A DNA stretch of 64,000 bases from Callorhinchus milii. Its lineage: Eukaryota. The stretch lies in contig NW_024704742.1 in the NCBI RefSeq assembly GCF_018977255.1, positions 13,146,001 through 13,210,000 on the forward strand, given 5' to 3'. The translations under genes were made by a program, and so were the position numbers. Positions within the stretch are counted from its first letter, which is position 1. Every line of letters begins with the position of its first letter. The notes below the pieces were generated by a model. That model saw only the letters and a list, made by a program, of their open reading frames with translations, made no database searches and was not told the origin of the DNA. Of the stretch, positions 51,726 to 63,125 are shown piece by piece.

Positions 51726-54700
51726 TGGCAGTTTTTATTTCTTTAATTCATTCTATTTAATTCATCTCTTCACAACCTGATCAATACTAATGATTCTTAA
51801 ACTATAATCCCAACTATTTACAGTAACAGGACCTCCCAAGATGCTGGACAGCCAGGGATTTGGGCCTGAGCATGGGGTTGGGATCAGGAGGGGTGGAGGG
51901 CAGGGAGGATAGAGCCACTGAAGGCGCAGTCGAATCTTGAGACAGGCCTTGAAGGAGGCAAGAGAGGGCAAGGTGAGGGAGACTGTGGTAGGGTTGACAA
52001 TAACAAATAAATATATTGGAGCAATGAAGTAAGCATGAGAGAGGTGCATTAGACAAGGAAGAATAGAGTTCAAAAGCAGTAGCAACAGCTGGTAATTCTG
52101 CGAGCCTTCTTGCAGCTTAAAAATTACTTAACCTTGACATTTTCAGAGTCGAATATGGGGTGCAGCAATGCAAAACAGAAAGTGGCCCCAAATTAGGGAA
52201 GGGGATATACAAACTTAAATTCCCAAATCCTGTCTTTTCTCTTGTATTACTAACATCCCCTTTTACAATCATTAGCTCACTGTTCTGCCTGCAACGTATC
52301 CTGTCTTAACCTTTCAAGCTCCTGTCTATCCTTATTCCATCTCTCTCTCCCTACCTCCTCTCTAAATTTTCCACCATTGCTTTATCCTGTTTATTCTTAT
52401 CCCTCACCTTGCTGTAAACCACAAATCAGATATAATATTACCCCTCCCCTTTCCAATCAATCTCTTTGCCATTGTTGGCAAACATGTAAACTATTTTATC
52501 CCAAAATATTCCTCTCTGGTTGACCACATGAGGAAAAACAAGAAGTTGAGATAAGGGAGCTCAAGATAAAGCAAAGACAAATTTCATCTCAAAGTTCAAG
52601 TGAGAGACATGTGTTCGATTCCCGGTAGGGCGAAACCTTGGGCAAGTTTCCTTACTCCACACGCCTGATAATAATCCCTCAAGAAAAAAAACAATAATAA
52701 ATTGGTCACTCAATCCATGACTGTTTGTGGGACACTGCTGTGCACAATTGGCTGCCATGTTTCGCTCACAAAATATACAGTATATTCTGTGAAGCGCTTT
52801 GAGGTATCTCGAAGACGTAATAAGGCCCTATATCAAATGCAAGGATTAATATTAGTATTTACACAAAAATTTTATTGAAGAAAGCAGCTCTACAGGTTAG
52901 CGAGTACTAACAGTCCATGGCTTTCCTTTTAAAAATGTATAGCAGCTGTAGAAATATTGTATGACTTGACAATAATGAAAGCTGTCTATACACATGACAG
53001 AACAGTACAGAATTAGTACAAAAAATTCTTTCTTCTTTGAAACTTATGTTCAGTGTTCTGTGACTAGTATGTGAGCTAAAAGATGTCTTAATTCTCAAAC
53101 GCACGTTACACACTTTGGAGTGAGTCCAATGTATTTGATCGATTACATTTTCTCTTTTGTAACTCTCACTTATGGCTAGATCTACCTCACAAGCTTTCAA
53201 TAATGGCAAAGTCATAGGGGAAGGAAGGATTGCAGACAGGTAGCAGGGCAAGGCAGGAAGTTAAACATACCGCAGAAATTTAATCTCATTAACAGCTACT
53301 AAACGGTGAGAATTAAGAAAGCAATGTCAGCATTAACTAGGGCAATAAATCAATAATATAGGTTACGATATAATAAGGTTACGATAATATCAATGATAAA
53401 ATTGTAATTGTACATTGTATCGTTGATATATTTTTCCTATTCAATTTTCTCAGGCATTGAAATCCTGTAATGTTTCTGTCCATGCAGGTCTGACCAGGCC
53501 ATGCACCTCCTGTGACCAAGACCAAAATAGGGAACGTCTCCACCAGAGCTATTGCTGAACAAGCCACTGTGGCTCTCCCTCTCTTTTCTTTCTCTGCCCC
53601 TAACCCCAATGGGGTAACTCAATAAGGAATGTGAGTCTGGTGGAGAATGTGGAGACTCCTGCTTTAATGGGAAGTACGTCATCCCGACTTTCTTTTTTAT
53701 TACTAAACTTTCCCTTTTAGTTCTTACCAATTCAAGCACTTTGAGATGTCCTTCTGTGATGTCCTCCTGACATGAAAGATGCTACATAAATGTCAATTGT
53801 ATTATATTTGTAAAGAATTTAAATTATTTATTTGCATGGGAAGTGCAATTTTAGAATTAAAACTTAACGCCTCATCATCGTAATAAAATGTGCAATAACC
53901 TGGATTATCAATAGGGAGATTCATAGTTATTTTAGTATTATTTTGCAACAGTGAGTTTAATATATTTCACATTATCTAGCTTAGTTTGCATGTCCACTGC
54001 ATGGCATCGGAACTCCATTTTTATCCCATTTACTTCCAGTCCACAGTGATCAACAGAATTCCCAAATGGATTCCTGATCAGAAATATCTGAAAGATCTGG
54101 CAGAGATTCAATTCATATTCTATCATTATATTGATGTTATTCACTAAGTCCCCCTCTGATGAAAAAAAAGCTTCACTGAAGTTTTTTAATGGGTTACTTT
54201 CATAGATTCACTCAAGCACATTTGTTGAAATAATTTTTTTTGTACCACCTCATCACATCATCAAAGCGCCCCAAAGCACTTCACAGGGTTTGTGATAGTC
54301 AGTGACTGTATTGTATGAAAATGCAGAGGCCAATTTGTACACAGCAATATCCTATAAAGAATCATAAAATAAATTACCTTTTTGTTCTGAGGATTGCTGT
54401 CCAGGACGCCAAGTTAACTACCTTCCCATTTCCAATACTACTATGACTTCTTCAATGTACATCAGAGCAAGTGGACAAGACCTCAATTTAATGTTTTCCA
54501 AAAGATGGCATCTCCTACAGTGCAGTGTACCCCCATCACTGCATTGAAATGTGGAGCACTAGCAGTGGTCAGTGCTCTCAATGGCAAGCTGTGCCATTTC
54601 ATTTGGTTACACTCCAGCGATCTCAAACCTCCATCAGGACGTTGACCCCATATAGTCGAAGATGACACTCCATTATTGCTGCAGTTGGAGGTGCTGTCCT

Positions 54701-55319
54701 TCACATGAGGTTCCATCTGCCTGTTCAGGTGGATGTTAAAGATCCCATGTGCCATTCAAAAAGAGAAAGAATTCCTAGCCGAGAAATTTATGGTGCAGGC
54801 CATTCAGCCCATCATGTCTGTGCCGGCTCATTTGAAAGCAATCCTTTCAGTCCCATTCAGCATTAGGTTTGGCTTCAGTAACTGGGTCGGGTCAGTATTG
54901 GGTTTAGATCATGTGAATATTAGAGTTGGGTCAGTATTAGGAAAGAGATCATATTAGGATCAAGTTAGTGCTAAGCTCTGTTCAGTAACATGGACAGGCA
55001 TAGTCATATACATATGTTGCTATTCCTACAACTTGCTTTGGAATTCTCCTATTATTTCTGTGGGAATTCACAGCTGTCTTTAACAACAACTTACATTTAT
55101 ATCACAACACCAATAACATTTTGGGACAGTTAACAGTAGTGTGTTTGAACGCAGAGCTAAAAAAAAAAGAGGGGAACGACTGTAGGCATGGTCAAAATGG
55201 AACGTCTTCAGGTGTGAATGGAAGATGGGCAAAGAGGGATTGAAGCAGGGAGCTCCAGAGATTCAGGGCAGGGCACAGTAGCTGAAAGCACGGCTAGCAT
55301 TGGTGGAGTGGAGAGGACA

Positions 55320-55556
55320 AGACTTGTGCAAAATAAATGAGACATTTCCAGGTGGAAAAGGAGATTGTTTAATGATCAGCAGTAATTTAAATCTGAACCT
55401 ATTTTTCTATTTTAGTAAACGTGCCATGACTTGAAATTTTACATACCTGTTTGTAACCATTAACATCCGGAGAAATTCCTGTCTCAGATACCGCCTCAGG
55501 GCGAGTCAAGGATTGTTGCTTTATAAATGCAATGACTGAAGAGAGAGGAGTCAGAA
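55320..55556 (+). promoter_or_regulatory. CXCL8 proximal promoter: NF-kB-like site, TATA box, C/EBP-like and NFAT-like sites
   Basis: GGAGAAATTCC at 55469-55479 (reverse GGAATTTCTCC), TATAAAT at 55522-55528 about 90 nt upstream of the ATG, TTGTGCAA at 55324-55331, TTTCCA/TGGAAAA at about 55345-55359. Confidence 0.65.
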
Positions 55557-55617
55557 GCAAACTGCAGCAGCAGAGCATCAGGAAGACAATAAAGCAACGT
55601 CAAACAAGTGAAGCACA

Positions 55618-55681
55618 ATGAACAGCAAAGTCACTATCACCATCCTCGCTTTTCTTATACTTTATGTGACTTCTACACAAG
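55618..55681 (+). CDS. CXCL8: CXC chemokine (IL-8/CXCL8-type) exon 1, signal peptide, 64 nt
   Basis: MNSKVTITILAFLILYVTSTQ(G), a hydrophobic signal peptide resembling cartilaginous-fish IL-8. Phase-1 donor G|GTAAAA. Confidence 0.92.
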
Positions 55682-56593
55682 GTAAAAATTAACCCAAGTC
55701 TATTAAACTGTACAGGAAGTATACAGAATTAGACTAGAATTATAATTATATTGGCAATCCAAATATATATTATAGTTAATATAGAATTAAAAATGCAATA
55801 TACTGTTCAAATGTAGATGTCTTAAAACAAGCAATATTAATTGAGACACTATAGGAGAAATTGTCACATTTTATTCTGAGCAGAACTATGGTTTCCTGGT
55901 GAATGATGTAACAGATAACAGGAAATACAGAATAATGGATTGTATGTGAAAAAGATATATGAAAGCCAGAAGTGCACTGGGCTAGCCCATGCTGTGGGCT
56001 CATCCACACACATGTACACAAGTCCAACTAATATGGAACATAATGAACCCCATCATCTAATTATTGAAATCTATCAGCATTGTTTTAAACCAAAACACCT
56101 GCCATGTAAGGGGAATAATAGCAGATTGACCTTCAAGGTCTTGATGAATTAAGTAATACCAAGCAATGGTTCTCTGCTTATGCACCACAGAAACAGGAAG
56201 ATCCCAGCTGGAGCAAGATTTACTTTATTTCCGCAGCATTTTAGAGCACCCATTACTTGGCAAATTGTTGAATTCAGTTTTAACTTTCTGTAGTTCACAA
56301 AAGAACTTACAGAAAATGGGCTCAAAATCAAGGTTGTATTTACAACACATATTTGCTAAATCCTTGGTACTCTGAATAGCTACGTAAATAGAGTAAATCT
56401 CAACCTAAATGGGATTTCTCCCCACACATCTCTGCTGGCAATTTTCTCCACTTGACTTGTGAAGGCGACTGAAAGAACAAAGTAACAAATGGAATTTCAG
56501 TCCCAATAGATAAATGTACATGAGGAAAAGGGAGAGATTGGTTAAAACAAATTGAAGCAAAGATTAAGGTTTTGTAATTTGTTCACTTTGTAG

Positions 56594-56729
56594 GTGCATC
56601 TCTCAGAGGAAAAGGAGCAAATCTGCAATGCCAATGCATCAAACCATCCTCTGATTTCATCCGCCCAACTCGCATGAAGGAAATTGATATCATTCCAAGT
56701 GGTCCTCACTGCGGAAACGTAGAAATCAT
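56594..56729 (+). CDS. CXCL8: CXCL8-type exon 2, 136 nt (CXC motif, GPH-C); canonical donor GT missing
   Basis: (G)ASLRGKGANLQCQCIKPSSDFIRPTRMKEIDIIPSGPHCGNVEI(I). Acceptor ttcactttgtag. The 3' end reads ATCAT|AAGTA instead of ATCAT|GTAAGTA. Confidence 0.93.
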
Positions 56730-57240
56730 AAGTATTGAATAATAATCCTTGCATTTGTTATAGAGCATTATTACTTCAAAATGTCGCAAAGACCTTCTCA
56801 GGGTGACTGTACAATGTAAGAATTCTACATTTGCAGGAAATACGGCAGCCAATTGGCTTACAGCAATGCCCCATAGTTACCAAGTGAATGACCATTTTTT
56901 TTCTCTGGGGGATTGTTGATCAGGACCCTGGGAGAAACATGCTTCTCTTTTTGAATAGTATCATGGGATCTTTAAGCAGATGTTCCATCTCATCGAAAAA
57001 AAGTGACTATTTGCCTATTTGCAAGGATCGTGTTCTGTTGAATAAGAGTAGAAAGCTTTGTAAATATTTTCAGTAGAACTTCAATCCATTTTACAATGAG
57101 GTTTGATAATAATAATCTATGCATTTGATTATCACGTTGTTGAGACGTCTCAAAGTGCTTCACAGGATATACTGTAAAATGGATTAACTGTGTATTTTGT
57201 TGATTGACAATCTGACATAACTCTTGTTCTCTTCTTTTAG

Positions 57241-57324
57241 TGTCACCCTTACAAATACAAAACAAGTCTGTCTGCACCCTAAAGCACCCTGGGTACAAAG
57301 AATCATTAACAAGATAACGAATAG
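57241..57324 (+). CDS. CXCL8: CXCL8-type exon 3, 84 nt (fourth Cys, C-terminal helix)
   Basis: VTLTNTKQVCLHPKAPWVQRIINKITN(S), the chemokine VCLxPxAPWV motif. Strong acceptor and AG|GTAAGT donor, phase 2 to 2. Confidence 0.93.
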
Positions 57325-57820
57325 GTAAGTTGCCATTTCTGTGCAGGGGTGAAGAGGAACGGTATCAGCAGGCAGGAAACTGTTCCACTTTATACAGTAC
57401 CAAGTCACAACAAAACAATCCTCAATCTAGGAAATATTTTTGGCATAGATTCTGGTCTGAATGCCCATACAATGTTTGCCCACAAAATACACAATCACTT
57501 ATTGTAAATTAAGTGAAGTGCTTTGAGACATCCTCCCAACATGAAAGGCGCTATGTCAAATGTAAAGATTATTTTTTTATTGAAAGTTTGTTTCTTTAAA
57601 TTCCCAGGCAGGTAGCAGTAAATCCTGTAAAGATGAATTGATAAAGCACTAATATCAAATGCAAGAGTTCTCATGATTGTTATTAATACCGTATTGCGTT
57701 TTATGACATCCTCCCGATATGAAAGGCACCCAAATGTAAATGTAAATTGTGCTGTAAATTGTATTGTATTACTTTATGATGCAGAGAAATTCACTGTGTA
57801 ACTTTTTATTAATTCTACAG

Positions 57821-57860
57821 TTCCAAGACTCACAAAGCTGAGGAACAAGCTAATGTCTGA
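57821..57860 (+). CDS. CXCL8: CXCL8-type exon 4, coding part: (S)SKTHKAEEQANV*
   Basis: Acceptor actttttattaattctacag, phase 2, stop TGA at 57858-57860. Gives a 324-nt CDS (107 aa) with the 64/136/84/short exon layout typical of CXCL8. Confidence 0.75.
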
Positions 57861-58279
57861 GTGTCAAGACTGAAACTCAGCCATGCCAGGACCTCTGTGC
57901 CATTTCTGCAGTTCACGCTCCAAGACGCTGTCCGCATGAAAGGCACAATATCAATGCAAATTGTTGTTGTTGACAACTACCTGTCACCTTGTGTGGACTT
58001 TTATCCATCAAATGGTGAACTGGTTGAAATAATTTCTCAATGAGATTTCGATCTGTTGAATGTTTTGTCAAACAATGTGATGACAAAAGTGTTGGAATCC
58101 AGATGTTTCCTTGATAGATTACCATTGCCCAATTAATCAGACTGAGAGCAGCTAACAGATAGGATGTGAAGCAACAATTCAACAGCTGTGATTCTGACTA
58201 TTTGGGTTGCTTCTATTCTATGATCCAATTATACTTCCAAACACTTGCTGCAGTATTAGGGTGTTGGGAAGGGAAATCA

Positions 58280-58640
58280 CTTTTTATTTTTGCATGAATG
58301 ATGTATTATAAATATTAATATTTATTGTTGTGTCTCTGACTCTTATTGTAAGTTATTTGACTTTATTTCATTTTGAGTTTATTCCAAATTGTCTATAGGC
58401 TCATAAAATGTGCTATTCCATATATAAATGTTTATTGTAAAAAAAACTGAGCATGAAAACCTGTGTGGATTCCTACAATTCATAATATGTTTCTGAACCA
58501 GAGAGTATTTATTAATTTATTGAGGAATTATTATTATAGGCACTTGTTAATTCTATCTTTTCTATTTTGAGTGTTGAAGCTATCTATTATGGTGAATGAA
58601 ATATTAATATATTAATGAAGACATTTTGAAATGAGTTAGA
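58280..58640 (+). promoter_or_regulatory. AU-rich 3'UTR of the chemokine with ATTTA instability motifs
   Basis: Very AT-rich, with ATTTA at about 58320 and TATTTATTAATTTATT at about 58506-58521. No canonical AATAAA seen. Confidence 0.55.
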
Positions 58641-59024
58641 TGTTGTATGCATGATCAGTTTGGCTATTATCTCAGTGGCCACACTGCCCACCTCCCCGTA
58701 ACAATAATAATCCTTGCATTTGATATAGCAAAGTGATACACCAACCGACCAACAATCACATTCCTACTCACTACTGGATAAACAGAGGCGAGTGGAATAA
58801 GGAAACTTGCCTAAGGTTTTGCTGGGTGCACGAATCTAACCGAGGTCCTCTTGCTTGCCAGCCAAGTGAACTAACCACTGAGCTACAGGACAGGTAATGT
58901 GATGGCATACAGGTCACGTGACCACGGCCCAGTCCACCTGACCGCACCCCAAGTGACCTGAACGCAACCCAGGTCATGTGACTCCTCCCCATGCTACGTG
59001 GGTCAGTTAAGGTTACATGACCGA

Positions 59025-60184
59025 TAACCCTAAAACCTAACCTTCACCCTAACCTTTATCCCAAACCCTAATCCCTCATCCTCACCTAAACCCCTGACCC
59101 CGCACATTCACCTAAACCCAACCCCTCACCTAAACCCCTGACCCCGCACATTCACCTAAACCTCTGACCCCTCACCTGAACCCCTGACCCCTAACCCTCA
59201 CCTAAACCCCTGAACCCTAACCCTCACCTAAACCCCTGACACCGCACCCTCACCTAAACCCGACCCTTCACCCTCACTTAAACCCAACCCTTCACCCTCA
59301 CCTAAACCCCTGAGCCCTCACCTAAACCCCTGACCCCTCACCTGAACGCCTGACACCTCACCTAAACCCCTGACCCCACACCCTCACTTAAACCTTTGAA
59401 CCCTCACCCTCGTCTAAACCCCTGACCCCTCACCTAAACCCCTGACCCCTCACCCTCACCTAAACCCCTGACCCCTCACCCTCACCTAAACCCCTGACCC
59501 CTCACCTAAACCCCTGACCCCTCACTCTCACCTAAACCCCTGATCCCTCACCTGAACCCCTGACCCCTCACCTAAACCCCTGACCCCTCAACTAAACCAC
59601 TGACCTCTCACCCTCACCTAAACCCCTGACACCATCACCTCAACCCCTGACTCCTCACCCTCACCTAAACCCCTCACACTCACCTAAACCCCTGACCCCT
59701 CACCTCAACCCCTGACCCAACTAAACCCGTGATCCCTCACCCTCACCTAAATCCCTGACCCCTCACCCTCGCCTAAAGCACTGAGCCCTCACCCTCACCT
59801 AAGCCCCTGACTCCCTCACCTAACCCCTTGACCCATCACCTAAACCTCCGACCCCTCACCCTCACCTAAAGCCCTCACCCTCACCTAAACCCCTGACCCC
59901 TCACCTAAACCCCTGACCCCTCACCTAAACCCCCGACCCCTCACCCTCACCTAAAGCCCTCACCCTCACCTAAAGCCCTCACCCTCACCTAAACCCCTGA
60001 CCCCTCACCTAAACCCCTGACCCCTCACCTAAACCCCTGACCCCTCACCTAAACCCGACCCCTCACCTAAACCCTTGATCCCGCACCTAAATCCGACCCC
60101 TCACGTGAACCCAACCCCTCACCTGAACCTCTGACCCTCACCTAAACCCCTGACCCCTCAACTAAACCCGTGACCTCTCACCTC
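59025..60184 (+). repeat. Telomere-variant minisatellite, about 1.15 kb, core 20-mer CCCCTCACCTAAACCCCTGA with optional extra CCCTCA
   Basis: Directly visible. Begins with CCCTAA-type units and continues as CCCTCA/CCTAAA/CCCCTGA variants. Confidence 0.95.
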
Positions 60185-60809
60185 AATAATTTCACTCGAA
60201 AATTTTACAGGAAATTTGTAATTTAAGCCAATTTAAATGCAGTATGTTTGTGTCCAAATCATATCAAATCTGATTTTACTCCACATTTGTACCTTAAGGC
60301 AACTGATAATAATATAAATATTGTTATTTATTATATGAAGGCAGTTGATATTTTCTCTCGACATTTTTACTGACATTCTTATTTGGTGTAAAAATAGTTA
60401 TCAAATTTCATTTTATTTCACATTTGCACCTTGAAGTTTTATTTCGGGTCACACTTTTATGGAAATTCCATGAAACACTATTTTCATGCATATTTGTGGA
60501 AAAATCTTATTAAATATCATTTACTCCACATTTTTACCTTAAACCACTTGAAATTTTATTTCCCTCGACAATGCATCATTGTTTACATTTTTGTGTGTTA
60601 AAATTTGTGCGGGTTTTTTACGTAATTTCTCTTCAACATTTTTTCGTTTATTTTAACGTTTTTGACGCATTTTCTCGTCAACAGTTTTTGGCGTATATTG
60701 TATGAAGCACATCTCAGGTCATGTGATCCCGCTCCGGTCACATGATCACATTCCTGACGTCACCTGGCTGTACCCCGGTCACGTGACCAAGCCCCCAGGC
60801 CACCTGGGA

Positions 60810-61600
60810 TCAGAGAATTATACAGCACAGAAGGAGGCCATTCTGCCCATTATGGCCGCGGTGAGTGAGTAGGATTGATTTCGGTGGCTCTTTGAAAAGA
60901 CCTATACAAAACAATCCCACTTTCCCCACTCTCTCCCCATAGCCCTGCAGACTTGTCCTCCCAAATAAGTATCTCCTTATTGCATTGCTCTTAGTCTCTC
61001 CAAGTGGTCTATCTAACTTTTGTCTCTCTGATGCTGCATCCTGATTCCCTTCCCCCCTGGAAATTACTTTAAACGCTTCCCCACTGCACTAGTTAATCTC
61101 TCTGCAAGGACATCATTGCCAGCCCTGTTCAGGTGTAACCCACCCACCTTGTATAGGTCCCACCTGCCCCAGAACGGGTTCCAATAATCCAAGAACCTGA
61201 AGCCCTCCTTTCTGCACCATTTCCATAGCCATGCACGAATGTGTTTGATCTTGCTGTTTTGATACCTTGCATGAGGTATTGGGAGTAATCTAGAAATCAC
61301 AACCTTTGAGGTCCTGCTCTTTAGCTGTTTCCCTAGCTTCTGATACTCTTGCTGCAGGATTTCAGCCCTTTTTTTCCTATGTCATGGACCAACATGGACC
61401 ACGACTTCTGGATGTTCCCTTTCCCCCATAAAATGTTTTGCACTCATTCTGTGATGTTTTCAACCCTGGCACCAGGGAGGCAACATACCATGCGAGAGTC
61501 ATGTCTTTGGTTGCAGAAACATCTGTCTACTCCTTTCACCATTGTATCCACAATGACAATTGCACTGACACTCTTCCCTGTGTCTCCCTGTGCATCCATT
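60810..61600 (-). mobile_element. CR1 remnant: ORF1 SGNH-esterase domain joined to the CR1 3' tail, ORF2 absent
   Basis: RMVCCLPGARVENIT...EVVVHVG...SKVVISRLLP...WCRKEGFRFLDYWNPFWGRWDLYKVGGLHLN at 61064-61590. CR1 3'UTR at 60810-60978. Confidence 0.85.
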
Positions 61601-61793
61601 TGCTTTGACATCTCTCACCCGAGGCGTCATCACCCTCATCAGCATTCAGTACAGAGAACCGGTTTGTGCAGGGGATATCTTACCATGTTTGTGGAAAAAT
61701 CTTATCAAATATCGTTTTACTCCACATTTCAAACTATTTGAAATTTTATTTCCCTTAACATTTCTTCAGATATTCCATTTTTTTATAACAAAA

Positions 61794-62111
61794 AATAATA
61801 ATCCTTGCATTTGATATAATCCTTTTATGTCTTCCAGACGTCTCAAAGCGCTTCAAAGTATATCCTGTAAATTGAATTGACTGTTTATTTTGTGGGCGAA
61901 ACGTGGCAGCCAATTGCGCACAGCAGTGTCCCACAAACAGTCGTGGATTGAAAATGACCAAATTATTATTTCATTTATTTCTTTTCTTGAGGGATTATTA
62001 TTAGTCGTGTGGAGTAAAGAAACTTGCCCAAGGTTTCACCCCGCCAGGAATCGAACCCAGGTCTTTTGCCCACGAGGTGAGTGCCCTAACAACTGAGCTA
62101 CAGGACGCCAC
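61794..62111 (-). mobile_element. tRNA-derived SINE, short subfamily, inserted in the satellite
   Basis: Same consensus, minus strand. Confidence 0.9.
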
Positions 62112-62659
62112 ATATTTTTGTTGCATTTTTTGCCGTTTTTGTATGTTAACATTTGTTTAGATTTTTCACGTACTTTCTGTTCATTTTTTCACGTATATTC
62201 TGTGAAGGGCACCCAGGTCACATGACCCAGCCCAATTCACGTGACCCAACCCAGGTCACACGACTATGCCCCACGTCACTTGACTACACCTCGGTCACTT
62301 GAGCACACACTCGGGTCACCTGACTGCATTCCGAGATCACGCCACTACATCCAGGATCATGTGGCATTGCACCCAGATCACGTGACCCGTTCCAGGACGC
62401 ATGGTCCCACCCAGGTCATATCCCCACATCACCTGACTGCGCCCATGTCACATGAACCCGCCCCAGGCTAGATGTGCCATTCCAAGGTGCTAGCGCTAAA
62501 CTCTATCCTAACCTTAACCCCTGACGCCTAACCCTTACCTCAATAGTTTCACTCGACATCTTTACAGGAATTCCATGAAACCCTATTTTGGCGCATATTT
62601 ATGGAAAAATCGTATTAAATCTGATCACTCCACATTTGTACCTTAAACCACTTGAATCC

Positions 62660-63125
62660 CCCCCACTTGCCCAGCTCCACTGGCTGCCCATCCCTCAGAG
62701 AATAGAATTCAAACACCTCTTCCTCACTTTCAAGGCCCTCCACAACCTTGCATCCTCCCGTATCTCTGACCTGCTGACCTCCTATCAATCAGTCCACTCG
62801 CTTAGCAGGCTCCGGCCTGCTCCATGTATCCCGCCCGACCCTCCCTACCATCGGCGGCCAGGCTTTCAGTGGCTCTGCCTCCACACTTTGGAACTGCATC
62901 TCATAATCCCTTTGTCTTGCTCTCTCTTCATGCCAACTTCAAGGCATGACTCAAGACCCTCCTTTTCGACTGTGCTTCAGCCTCCTTCCTATACCCTCTG
63001 CGCTCCCTCATTCCAACCCTGCCCCCACCCACCCCCATGCTCAGGTCTGATCCCCGACTGTTCAGCGCCTTGGGATGAACTCCCGACGTGAAACCCACAT
63101 GATAAATGTAACTTTGTTGCTGTTG
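62660..63125 (+). mobile_element. L2 3' fragment inserted in the AT-rich satellite
   Basis: LAQLHWLPIPQRIEFK...FKALHNL and L2 tail. Confidence 0.88.

Noticed and set aside
53379..53739. Overlapping minus-strand ORFs in non-repeat DNA upstream of CXCL8
   Set aside because: No recognisable domain, non-ATG starts and no convincing splice pair.
59025..60184. True telomere or chromosome end
   Set aside because: Few perfect CCCTAA units and flanked on both sides by ordinary sequence, so it is an interstitial variant repeat.
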